Origin: an uncultured Mycoplasmatota bacterium | GTDB lineage: Bacteria > Bacillota_I > Bacilli_A > RF39 > UBA660 | Assembly (NCBI GenBank): GCA_946007485.1 | Contig: CAMGAM010000001.1 | Coordinates: 1 to 37,537, forward strand | Direction: 5' to 3' | DNA: 37,537 nucleotides | Position numbers and translations under genes: made by a program | Part shown: positions 17,028 through 24,787 of the stretch, one piece after another | Position numbering within the stretch: position 1 is the stretch's first letter | Layout of the letters: every line of letters begins with the position of its first letter | Notes under the pieces: generated by a model | Told to the model about the DNA's origin: nothing | Databases searched by the model: none | The model's input: the letters and a program-made list of their open reading frames with translations, nothing else

Positions 17028-18971
17028 ATGAAGTTAAAAATGAAAGAAATTATTACATTTTTTAAAAAGATAAAAAATGATTATCCTGTGATGATATTTT
17101 TTACAATATCTAATTTTATTAATGCTTTATTACTGAGAATACTTACAACAGGATCTTTTTCAATTAGGGCGTTTTTGTTTGATATGGGGTTTGTACTTCT
17201 TTTAGGAAGTTTATCAATGCTTGTTAAAAAGAAAAATAGAAATATATATTATATAGTAGTTTCATTTATAATGGTAGCTTGTTGTATAATTAATTCAATT
17301 TACTATAATTATTATAATTCATTTGTATCTATTTCTTTATTAGCAACTTCAGTTTTTGTTAAAGATGTAGGAGATGCAGTGGTCGATTTTGCACTTAAAG
17401 CAAGTGATTGGATATATTTATGGGAATTTATTGGTTTATATATAGTCATTAAAAAGAATAAAAATAAGGAAAAGATAGATAAAAATAAATTTCTGAAAAC
17501 ATTTATTTTATCTTTGATAATTGTGGGGATTGGTTGTGTAATGCCACCATATAATTCTTTTAGTAGATTGATTAAATTATGGAATAGGGTATCGGTAGTT
17601 AATAGTTTTGGAGTATATATATATCAAATAGATGATATTGTTCAGAGTTTAAAACCAACATTTAATAATATATTTGGACATGATAAGGCATTAAAAGAAG
17701 TCAGTGAGTATTATGAAGAGAATAGAACTGTTCAAAGTGTAAATGATTATACAGGAATATTTGAAGGTAAGAATGTTATTGTTATACATGCAGAAAGTTT
17801 ACAAACTTTTACATTAGGCTTGTCTTTCAATGATGAAGAAGTGACTCCAAATTTAAATAAATTGGCTAATTCAGGAATGTATTTTAGTAATTTTTATGCT
17901 CAAGTTGGGGTAGGAACAAGTAGCGATAGTGAATTTACTTATGCGACTAGTTTACTTCCTGCTAATTCAGGAACAGTCTTTGTAAACTATTATAATAATA
18001 AATTTGTGACAATGCAAAATATGCTTAATGATAAAGGTTATTATGTCTTTAGTATGCATGGTAATGTTGGAGACTTTTGGAATAGAGATACAATGCATAT
18101 AAATATGGGATATGATAAGTTTTATTCAAAATCTAGTTTTGTGATTGATGAAGAATATGGATTGGGATTATCTGATAAGTCTTTCTTTAGGCAAGCAGTT
18201 CCGATGATTAAAGATATTAAGAATAATATTACAGGACCTTTTTATGGAACTTTAATAACACTTACAAATCATACTCCATGGAGAGATGCTTCGCTATATA
18301 GTGATTATGATGTATCTATGACTGTAGATATTGATGGAGAAGAAGTTGTTAGAGATTATCTTGAAGGTACCTCTTTAGGAAATTATATTAAGTCAGTTAA
18401 TTATATGGATCAGGCGATAGGACAATTTATAACTGATATGGATGAAGAAGGCCTTTTGGATGATACGGTAATTGTAATATATGGTGATCATGATGCAAGA
18501 CTTGGTCAAAAACAATTTGAATATATGTATAATTATGATCCAATTAATGATAGAGAATTACAAAGTTGGGAACCTGGATATGTAGAATTTAATGATTATG
18601 ATTATGAACTTATTAAGAAAGTGCCATTTATTATTTGGACTAAAGATATGCAAGAAGGAAAAGAAATAGACACACCAATGGGAATGATTGATGTGGGGGC
18701 GACACTTGGTAATATGCTTGGGGTATATAATAAATATGGATTAGGAAAAGATATTATGAATATTGATAAGAGTGAAGGAATCATAGTCTTTAAAGATGGC
18801 TCTTATATAACTGATAAAATATATTATAGTGCTAAGAATAGTGAAGCATATGCAATATCACCAGGGATAATATCTGAAGATTATATTAAAAAGAATAGTG
18901 AATATGCTGATAAGATAATTTCAGTATCATATAATTTAATTACTTATGATTTAATAAGAGATTTAGAGTAA
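17028..18971 (+). CDS. ltaS: Lipoteichoic acid synthase (LtaS family)
   Basis: Five TM helices plus a sulfatase domain. KNVIVIHAESLQTF and VGVGTSSDSEFTYATS match the S. aureus LtaS Thr-nucleophile region (GKTSD.EF). IVIYGDH is also present. SD AGAGGGAA. Confidence 0.8.
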   Translation: MKLKMKEIITFFKKIKNDYPVMIFFTISNFINALLLRILTTGSFSIRAFLFDMGFVLLLGSLSMLVKKKNRNIYYIVVSFIMVACCIINSIYYNYYNSFVSISLLATSVFVKDVGDAVVDFALKASDWIYLWEFIGLYIVIKKNKNKEKIDKNKFLKTFILSLIIVGIGCVMPPYNSFSRLIKLWNRVSVVNSFGVYIYQIDDIVQSLKPTFNNIFGHDKALKEVSEYYEENRTVQSVNDYTGIFEGKNVIVIHAESLQTFTLGLSFNDEEVTPNLNKLANSGMYFSNFYAQVGVGTSSDSEFTYATSLLPANSGTVFVNYYNNKFVTMQNMLNDKGYYVFSMHGNVGDFWNRDTMHINMGYDKFYSKSSFVIDEEYGLGLSDKSFFRQAVPMIKDIKNNITGPFYGTLITLTNHTPWRDASLYSDYDVSMTVDIDGEEVVRDYLEGTSLGNYIKSVNYMDQAIGQFITDMDEEGLLDDTVIVIYGDHDARLGQKQFEYMYNYDPINDRELQSWEPGYVEFNDYDYELIKKVPFIIWTKDMQEGKEIDTPMGMIDVGATLGNMLGVYNKYGLGKDIMNIDKSEGIIVFKDGSYITDKIYYSAKNSEAYAISPGIISEDYIKKNSEYADKIISVSYNLITYDLIRDLE

Positions 18972-19000
18972 GTATTGATAATATTTGTCAATACTTTTTC
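18972..19000 (+). terminator. Intrinsic terminator after ltaS
   Basis: GTATTGA (18972-18978) pairs with TCAATAC (18988-18994), followed by TTTTT. Confidence 0.6.
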
Positions 19001-19055
19001 TTTGAGAAATTAAATTTCTGTTAGAAAAAAGTAAAAAAAAATTAACAGAAATTTA

Positions 19056-19069
19056 CAAACAAATGTTTG
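19056..19069. promoter_or_regulatory. Degenerate LexA/Cheo-box-like palindrome upstream of recA
   Basis: CAAAC-AAAT-GTTTG is a perfect palindrome. It resembles the Firmicutes SOS box GAAC-N4-GTTC with G->A and C->T in the outer positions. It lies 10 nt upstream of the recA -35. Confidence 0.4.
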
Positions 19070-19078
19070 AAAATAGTA

Positions 19079-19107
19079 TTGACAAATGAAAAAATACATT
19101 ATATAAT
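19079..19107 (+). promoter_or_regulatory. Consensus sigma-A promoter of recA
   Basis: TTGACA (19079-19084), 17-nt spacer, TATAAT (19102-19107). Confidence 0.7.
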
Positions 19108-19132
19108 TAGTGTATACTGTAAGGGAGGAAAT

Positions 19133-20179
19133 ATGAGTAAAGCAGTTTTAAAAAATGAAAACGAACAAAAAGATAAAGCCTTAGCTCAGGTTTTGGCTGA
19201 TATAGAAAAGCAGTTTGGTAAAGGGGCAATAATGAAATTAGGGGAACAAAAGAATATGGAGATTGATGTTGTTCCTAGCGGATCAATTTCATTAGATATA
19301 GCACTTGGTGTAGGTGGATATCCAAAAGGAAGGATTATAGAAATATATGGTCCTGAGTCATCAGGAAAGACAACTTTTGCACTTCATGCAATAGCAGAAG
19401 TACAAAAAGAAGGTGGAAGAGCAGCATTTATTGATGCAGAGCATTCTTTAGATCCAGTTTATGCTTCTCATTTAGGAGTTAATATAGATGAGCTATTACT
19501 TAGTCAGCCTGATACGGGAGAGCAAGCACTTGAAATATGTGATGCTTTAGTTAAAAGTGAAGCCGTTAGTATAATTGTAATTGATTCAGTGGCTGCTTTG
19601 GTTCCGCAAGCGGAAATTGATGGTGAAATGGGAGATAGTCATGTAGGACTTCAGGCTAGACTTATGTCGCAAGCTCTTAGAAAATTATCTGGTTCAATTA
19701 ATAAAACAAATACGATTGTAATATTTATTAATCAATTGCGTGAAAAAGTTGGGGTAATGTTTGGTAATCCAGAGACTACTCCAGGTGGAAAAGCATTAAA
19801 ATACTATTCATCAGTAAGACTTGATATTAGAAGAGGAGAACAAATAAAAAGTGGAGCTGATGTTATCGGAAATAAGACAAATATTAAGGTAGTAAAGAAT
19901 AAAGTAGCACCACCATTTAAGACAGCTTGCGTCGATATTATGTATGGAGAGGGTGTGTCTCAAGATGGTGAACTTGTCGATTTAGCAAGTGAAGCAAATA
20001 TAATTGAAAAGAGTGGAGCTTGGTATTCCTATAAAGGCGAAAAGTTAGCTCAAGGGAGAGAAAATGTAAAATTACTATTTAAAAATAGTGAAGATTTTAG
20101 AAAAGAAATTGAAGATCAAGTTAGAGAATTTTATGGAATAAAAAAGAAAGATAAAAGTAAAAAAGATAAGGAAGATTAA
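19133..20179 (+). CDS. recA: Recombinase RecA
   Basis: Walker [22 protein letters not shown]-type motif [44 protein letters not shown]. The start is set at ATG 19133 behind SD AAGGGAGGA. The track's TTG 19067 start lies inside the promoter. Confidence 0.95.
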   Translation: MSKAVLKNENEQKDKALAQVLADIEKQFGKGAIMKLGEQKNMEIDVVPSGSISLDIALGVGGYPKGRIIEIYGPESSGKTTFALHAIAEVQKEGGRAAFIDAEHSLDPVYASHLGVNIDELLLSQPDTGEQALEICDALVKSEAVSIIVIDSVAALVPQAEIDGEMGDSHVGLQARLMSQALRKLSGSINKTNTIVIFINQLREKVGVMFGNPETTPGGKALKYYSSVRLDIRRGEQIKSGADVIGNKTNIKVVKNKVAPPFKTACVDIMYGEGVSQDGELVDLASEANIIEKSGAWYSYKGEKLAQGRENVKLLFKNSEDFRKEIEDQVREFYGIKKKDKSKKDKED

Positions 20180-20196
20180 AAAGTATAAAAAAAAGA

Positions 20197-20227
20197 CAAA
20201 ATAGACTTAATTTTTAAGTCTATTTTG
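20197..20227. terminator. 14-bp hairpin terminator after recA
   Basis: CAAAATAGACTTAA (20197-20210) pairs perfectly with TTAAGTCTATTTTG (20214-20227). An A-run lies upstream, and Ts lie within and after the 3' arm. Confidence 0.65.
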
Positions 20228-20236
20228 CTTGGATAA

Positions 20237-20320
20237 AAATAGACATGTAAGTGGCATTTATACAATGTGTGGTTTTGCGGCGGTACACACTGTATGTGGT
20301 ATTACATGTCTATTTCATTG
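20237..20320 (-). terminator. Long compound hairpin; probable terminator of the minus-strand operon ending at 20364
   Basis: Outer arms AAATAGACATGTAA (20237-20250) and TTACATGTCTATTT (20302-20315) form 14 bp. The inner stem ATACAATGTGT/ACACACTGTAT has a GC-rich loop. On the minus strand it is followed by TTTTTA. Confidence 0.5.
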
Positions 20321-20363
20321 TATCGCAAATTTTTTATAAAATCAATAGTTTTTATGATAAATT

Positions 20364-21404
20364 TTATTTTAATAATCCGAAACCAGTGACAACATATCTT
20401 CCACCTTGTCTTTTGGCCACAGCAGGAGGGTTATTGTATAGTTTACCATTAATTGAAAGTGAGGTTGAATGTCCACCATCTAAGTTAGCAGCATTATATG
20501 CTCCATATTTCATTAGGACATCGACAACATCTTGAAGTGATGCTCCATCAATATAGTTTTCTCCATCAATGACTAGGAATAAGACAACGCCATCTTTTCT
20601 TTGACCGATAGCCACACGTGGTGATTTACCCCAAGGGTCGCCGACAATTTCAAGTGGTTTACCATTGACAATTAAGAATGGTCCAAATTCAACGCCATCT
20701 ATCATGCCGGATTCAAGGGCTTCAGTACCTGTAGTATCCGATAAGAGAAGAAGTTTTCCTTCATCGTTAAATCCAATTAAATTACTTCTTGCAGTATCCC
20801 AGCCAGAATTTGGCCAAATAATTTCACCATCATCGATGACATATCCAAGAGGAATATCGGATCCTCTACCGGTATCATCATTGAATCCACCAGCATTGAT
20901 ACAGACAAGAGCATCATATCTTTTACACATTCCTGTTACTTGTTCACCATATTTTCCAACATTAAAGTTTTTTGCTCTAATTAGTGATACTTTTTTGGGA
21001 TTATATATAGCAATTAGATATCCTTTTGAAATTCCTACTTTAATATTAATTATTTTATAATCATCATTACCTTCAGTACGAGTTAATATTTCTTCATCAT
21101 ATTCGTTGTCATAACTACTTTTAGGGGCAGTATCAATAACAATATCATCTAATTCTACTTCTTCTTTTATTTCAATAAAATAATTACTATTTATTATTTC
21201 ATTAATGCGTTTATCACTATAGAATATTTTAGCAAAATATTGATGATCTTTAGTTTTCATGGCAGTATTAACATAGAAATTTCTAATTTTATCCCATGGC
21301 CCATACATCATAACAAAGCCACCGATAGCTAAAATATCTAAGATAATAAACAAAATTGTTGATTTATTAATTTTTTTGTGTTTTTTCTTTTCTCTTTTTT
21401 TCAT
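20364..21404 (-). CDS. Phosphodiester glycosidase (NAGPA/DUF2233) family protein, membrane anchored
   Basis: N-terminal TM helix ILFIILDILAIGGFVMMY. C-terminal region GGFNDDTG...GPFLIVNGKP...PRVAIGQRKDGVVLFLVIDG...ASLQDVVDVLMKYGAYNAANLDGGHSTSL is typical of this family. Confidence 0.75.
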   Translation of the reverse strand: MKKREKKKHKKINKSTILFIILDILAIGGFVMMYGPWDKIRNFYVNTAMKTKDHQYFAKIFYSDKRINEIINSNYFIEIKEEVELDDIVIDTAPKSSYDNEYDEEILTRTEGNDDYKIINIKVGISKGYLIAIYNPKKVSLIRAKNFNVGKYGEQVTGMCKRYDALVCINAGGFNDDTGRGSDIPLGYVIDDGEIIWPNSGWDTARSNLIGFNDEGKLLLLSDTTGTEALESGMIDGVEFGPFLIVNGKPLEIVGDPWGKSPRVAIGQRKDGVVLFLVIDGENYIDGASLQDVVDVLMKYGAYNAANLDGGHSTSLSINGKLYNNPPAVAKRQGGRYVVTGFGLLK

Positions 21405-21409
21405 TTAAA

Positions 21410-22738
21410 TTACTCCATTTCATATGGACTATCATAAGTACCATTTCCCTTAACTAATAATTCTTTTTCAATACTGATAGTTGGAACAACATTTATTGCT
21501 TGAGATATTTGTTTAGTATAATTTTTTTTGCTGTTTTGAATTGTATAGATAGAACTTCCTTTTGTATTAGAGCCAGTCATAGTGTAATAATTAGTTAGTT
21601 CACTATTTAAAAAGATATTTCCAATACTCATTAAGGCTACTTTAGAATTAATTTCATCTTTTAGAGAATTAGTATAATCATAATCAGTATTGCTGTTATA
21701 GTAGCCATTAGACCAATATACTTCTTTGATTTTATCTTTATATGATAAAGAATCTAGAAAGGTATGATTTAGATAATAGGCAATAGAGTTTTTACTGTAA
21801 TCATTATAATAAGAATTATTAGCTGAATATTGATATGTTAAATTAGTACCATTAACTTGCAAGTAATTATTTAGCATAAGTCTTACTTCATTATCATTTA
21901 CTTGATAGATTCTCCAGATATCATTATCTAATTTAACATAAGAACCAAATAATCCAGATTCTTTTTCAATTTTATATGGATTATCTTTTTTACCATTTCC
22001 ACTGAGATAATCAACATTACCTTTGATAGTAATGATAGGTCTAATTCCAATAATATCTGTACCATCGCTTAATGAAGCTTTACCTTCATTTGATATATAC
22101 CATATTTTTGTTTCTTCATTGTTATTACTTAGATAGAAATATTCATCATTATTTAAATAACTATCTTTACTACCAACATTTAAATAATCAGAAATAGATA
22201 ATAGAGTTAAATAACTATCGCTATATTCTTCTTTACAAGGATTATTAGTTAATTCATTATAAATATCTTTGCAAGTAGTAGATTTTTGAAGATAAGTCTC
22301 AACATTATTTAATGATTTTTCTAAGATGCCGCTATAATCTTCAGAAGTAGTATTTAACCATTTATGTAAATGTGATTCAAGATAAGTTTTATCTTTACCA
22401 GCTGCTAATGAAGTTAAAGAATAATCACTAATTGCAGTAATAGAATTATCAGGATTTATTTTAATAATTCTCCATAAAATATTTGAATATTCTAGATAGT
22501 TAGAATCATCATTGTTGGTAAAATAATTTTTTCCGTTAACAATTTCAAAATTTTCATTGTCAGAATTATTTTCTCTGACGATGGAAACAAGAGAATTTTC
22601 CTCTTCCACCATAATTTTTTTGTTTTCTGAGTATAATTTTAAGAATCTTGTTCCATAAAAAATACAACATGATAAAATAAATAAAAAGCTTATGAAACAA
22701 AAGACTTTTTGAATGCTCAATTTTTTCATTTTTTTCAC
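21410..22738 (-). CDS. Membrane-anchored extracellular protein of unknown function with two tandem ~170-aa modules
   Basis: TM anchor VFCFISFLFILSCCIFYG. Two related halves begin ILWRIIKIN / DIWRIYQVN and end RPIITIKGNVDYLSGNGKKDNPYKIE / VVPTISIEKELLVKGNGTYDSPYEME. It lies 5 nt upstream of the NAGPA gene, so they probably form an operon. Confidence 0.6.
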   Translation of the reverse strand: MKKMKKLSIQKVFCFISFLFILSCCIFYGTRFLKLYSENKKIMVEEENSLVSIVRENNSDNENFEIVNGKNYFTNNDDSNYLEYSNILWRIIKINPDNSITAISDYSLTSLAAGKDKTYLESHLHKWLNTTSEDYSGILEKSLNNVETYLQKSTTCKDIYNELTNNPCKEEYSDSYLTLLSISDYLNVGSKDSYLNNDEYFYLSNNNEETKIWYISNEGKASLSDGTDIIGIRPIITIKGNVDYLSGNGKKDNPYKIEKESGLFGSYVKLDNDIWRIYQVNDNEVRLMLNNYLQVNGTNLTYQYSANNSYYNDYSKNSIAYYLNHTFLDSLSYKDKIKEVYWSNGYYNSNTDYDYTNSLKDEINSKVALMSIGNIFLNSELTNYYTMTGSNTKGSSIYTIQNSKKNYTKQISQAINVVPTISIEKELLVKGNGTYDSPYEME

Positions 22739-22752
22739 CTCTTACTTTTTTA

Positions 22753-22781
22753 ATTATACCAAAATAGATAAATTTAGACAA
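22753..22781 (-). promoter_or_regulatory. sigma-A promoter for the 22738-20364 minus-strand operon
   Basis: On the minus strand: TTGTCT (22781-22776), 17-nt spacer, TGgTATAAT (-10 at 22758-22753). Confidence 0.55.
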
Positions 22782-22834
22782 TTAATATTGTTATAATTTT
22801 AATTTTATAGTATAATTTACTAGAGGTGTGTAAA

Positions 22835-23149
22835 ATGCATATATATCAATATATTATTATTATAAGTATTTTACTTATAGTGTATTTTGCGATTAGAAAA
22901 TCAAATAAGAAAGATTTAAAGTTAGAATTTAATAAGTTAGTGGAATGTCTTGGTGGAAAAGATAATATTGTGGAGACAGAGATTGAAATGTCTAGGTTTA
23001 AAGTGACACTTAAAGATATTACGAAGGCTAATAAAGAAGGAATTATTAAACTTGGTGCTAAAGGTGTAGTTGAGATAGATGATCAACTAAAGATAATATT
23101 TGGAAGTGAAGCTAAACAATTAAGGAAATTTATTAATGAACTTAGGTAG
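22835..23149 (+). CDS. Membrane-anchored PTS EIIB(Glc-family)-like domain protein lacking the phosphocysteine
   Basis: Start at ATG 22835 behind SD AGAGGTG. One TM helix (IIIISILLIVYFAI). LGGKDNIVETEIEMSRFKVTLKDITKANKEGIIKLGAKGVVEIDDQLKIIFGSEAKQL aligns without gaps to E. coli PtsG IIB, [58 protein letters not shown]. Confidence 0.7.
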   Translation: MHIYQYIIIISILLIVYFAIRKSNKKDLKLEFNKLVECLGGKDNIVETEIEMSRFKVTLKDITKANKEGIIKLGAKGVVEIDDQLKIIFGSEAKQLRKFINELR

Positions 23150-23171
23150 TTGAATCGTCAACTACTTTTTT
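23146..23171 (+). terminator. Intrinsic terminator after the EIIB-like gene
   Basis: GTAGTTGA (23146-23153), ATCG loop, TCAACTAC (23158-23165), then TTTTTT. Confidence 0.75.
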
Positions 23172-23215
23172 CGACATAGAATTACATATACGACATAATT
23201 CGACAAAATACGACA
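23170..23215. promoter_or_regulatory. Four direct T(T/A)CGACA repeats (reverse-complement Spo0A '0A box' TGTCGAA) upstream of the histidine kinase
   Basis: TTCGACA at 23170-23176 and 23199-23205. TACGACA at 23189-23195 and 23209-23215. Spacing is 19, 10 and 10 bp. They sit immediately upstream of an AT-rich -10 region (TATAAT 23227-23232). Confidence 0.5.
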
Positions 23216-23248
23216 TGAGAATAATATATAATTTAACTAGGTGATGAT

Positions 23249-24454
23249 ATGGAGATTGTGGTAAGTATAATTTTAATAGTTTTTCCAATTCTTATGTATT
23301 TAGTATTTTGTTGTTATAATGTACTTGTTAATAAAAATATGGCTAGAATAGTTTTTATTATTACAATGTGTACTTCTTTATATTTTTGTTTAAGAACTAA
23401 TATAGGACATAGTGAAATGCTTATTTTTTGTAATATTCCAATAATTATATGTTATTTAAAGAAAGAAGAAAAGTTTGCAGTAGTTTTATCAATAATGGCA
23501 ATTATTTTTGGATACTTTAGATATGATATGAATACTTATATAGTTATATTTAAGCATATATGTTATTTAATAGCTTATATATTTACATATAAAAAGAAAT
23601 GTTTTAATTCATTATATTTAAAATTAAGTGCTATTATTCAAGGCTTTTTTGTATCTTTTGAATATTTTATGATTAATGATAATGGGATAGATAAAATATT
23701 TAGTTTAATACTTTATATTTTAATAATATATTTAATTACTTTCTTTTGCTTATATTTATTTAAACTAGCTGATAACATAACTTTGCTTTATTTAAATATG
23801 AATAAAGTTAATGATGAAAATAAACTTAAGAATTCATTATTTAAACTTACACATGAGATTAAGAATCCAATAGCAGTATTTAAAGGATACTTAGATATGA
23901 TGAATTTAGATAATGTAGAAAAAAGTAGAAAATATATTAATATTATTAAATCTGAGATATATAGAAGTTTAAATGTTATAAGTGATTTTATTGAGTATAT
24001 TAAAGTTAAAGTAAATAAAGAAATATTTGATATGGTAATGCTTATGGATGAGTTGTATGATTCATTTAAAATATTACTTGGTGATAAAGATATTAAATTT
24101 AATTATCATAATCAATATGATGAGATATATTTATGGGGAGATTATGAGAGATTAAAACAAGTATTTGTAAATATAATTAAAAATAGTGTTGAAGCAATTA
24201 CTTCTGATGGTATAATAGATGTAGATGTTAGTTTAAGTGATAAGTATGTATTTATTAAGATTAAAGATAATGGTATAGGAATGACTGAAGAAGAACTTGA
24301 GAAAGTAAGTGAAATGTTTTGGACTACGAAGAAGAATGGTACAGGATTAGGAGTAGCTTTATCAAATGAAATAATTATGGCTCATAATGGAGAGATTAAA
24401 TATAATTCAGTTAAGAATAAAGGAACTGAATGTATTGTTAGTTTGCCTTTATAA
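23249..24454 (+). CDS. Orphan sensor histidine kinase (polytopic N-terminal domain)
   Basis: About six TM helices. H-box LTHEIKNPIAV, N-box VFVNIIKNSVEAI, G1 DNGIGM, G2 GTGLGVALS. No response regulator gene is present in the window. SD AGGTGA. Confidence 0.85.
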   Translation: MEIVVSIILIVFPILMYLVFCCYNVLVNKNMARIVFIITMCTSLYFCLRTNIGHSEMLIFCNIPIIICYLKKEEKFAVVLSIMAIIFGYFRYDMNTYIVIFKHICYLIAYIFTYKKKCFNSLYLKLSAIIQGFFVSFEYFMINDNGIDKIFSLILYILIIYLITFFCLYLFKLADNITLLYLNMNKVNDENKLKNSLFKLTHEIKNPIAVFKGYLDMMNLDNVEKSRKYINIIKSEIYRSLNVISDFIEYIKVKVNKEIFDMVMLMDELYDSFKILLGDKDIKFNYHNQYDEIYLWGDYERLKQVFVNIIKNSVEAITSDGIIDVDVSLSDKYVFIKIKDNGIGMTEEELEKVSEMFWTTKKNGTGLGVALSNEIIMAHNGEIKYNSVKNKGTECIVSLPL

Positions 24455-24477
24455 TAATATAGAAGGATAGTGATATA

Positions 24478-24747
24478 ATGGTTGATATATTTTTAGAAAG
24501 ATACCCCAAGATTGATTTACATGGATATGATAGAGATAGTGCTAGGTTAATGGTAAATGATTTTATATCTGATAATATAATACTTGGAAATGAAATTATA
24601 GTTATTATTCATGGTAAGGGATCAGGAATATTAAAGAAAGAAGTGCATGAAGCGCTTAGAGTAAATAAATGTGTTTTAGAATATAAAACAGATAATTTTA
24701 ATGATGGATGTACAGTAGTAAAATTAGTTAAAAAAATTAGATTATAA
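24478..24747 (+). CDS. Smr (small MutS-related) domain protein
   Basis: 89 aa with IDLHGY...IVIIHGKGSGILK, the Smr nuclease-domain motifs. Confidence 0.75.
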   Translation: MVDIFLERYPKIDLHGYDRDSARLMVNDFISDNIILGNEIIVIIHGKGSGILKKEVHEALRVNKCVLEYKTDNFNDGCTVVKLVKKIRL

Positions 24748-24787
24748 AAATATCCTTAGGAAAACAGATTCCAAGGATATTTTTTTG
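24746..24787. terminator. Bidirectional hairpin between convergent smr and rluA-family genes
   Basis: AAAAATATCCTTAGG ... CCAAGGATATTTTTT, with a one-base bulge. It overlaps the last codons of the minus-strand gene. Confidence 0.55.

Noticed and set aside
19067-19132. TTG start at 19067 extending recA by 22 codons
   Set aside because: The extension covers the consensus -35/-10 promoter. ATG 19133 has a strong AAGGGAGGA SD and gives the canonical RecA N-terminus.
20251-21060. Plus-strand ORFs 20251-20535 and 20665-21060
   Set aside because: The first starts inside the terminator palindrome, and both overlap the well-supported NAGPA gene on the opposite strand. Neither has an SD or recognisable motifs.
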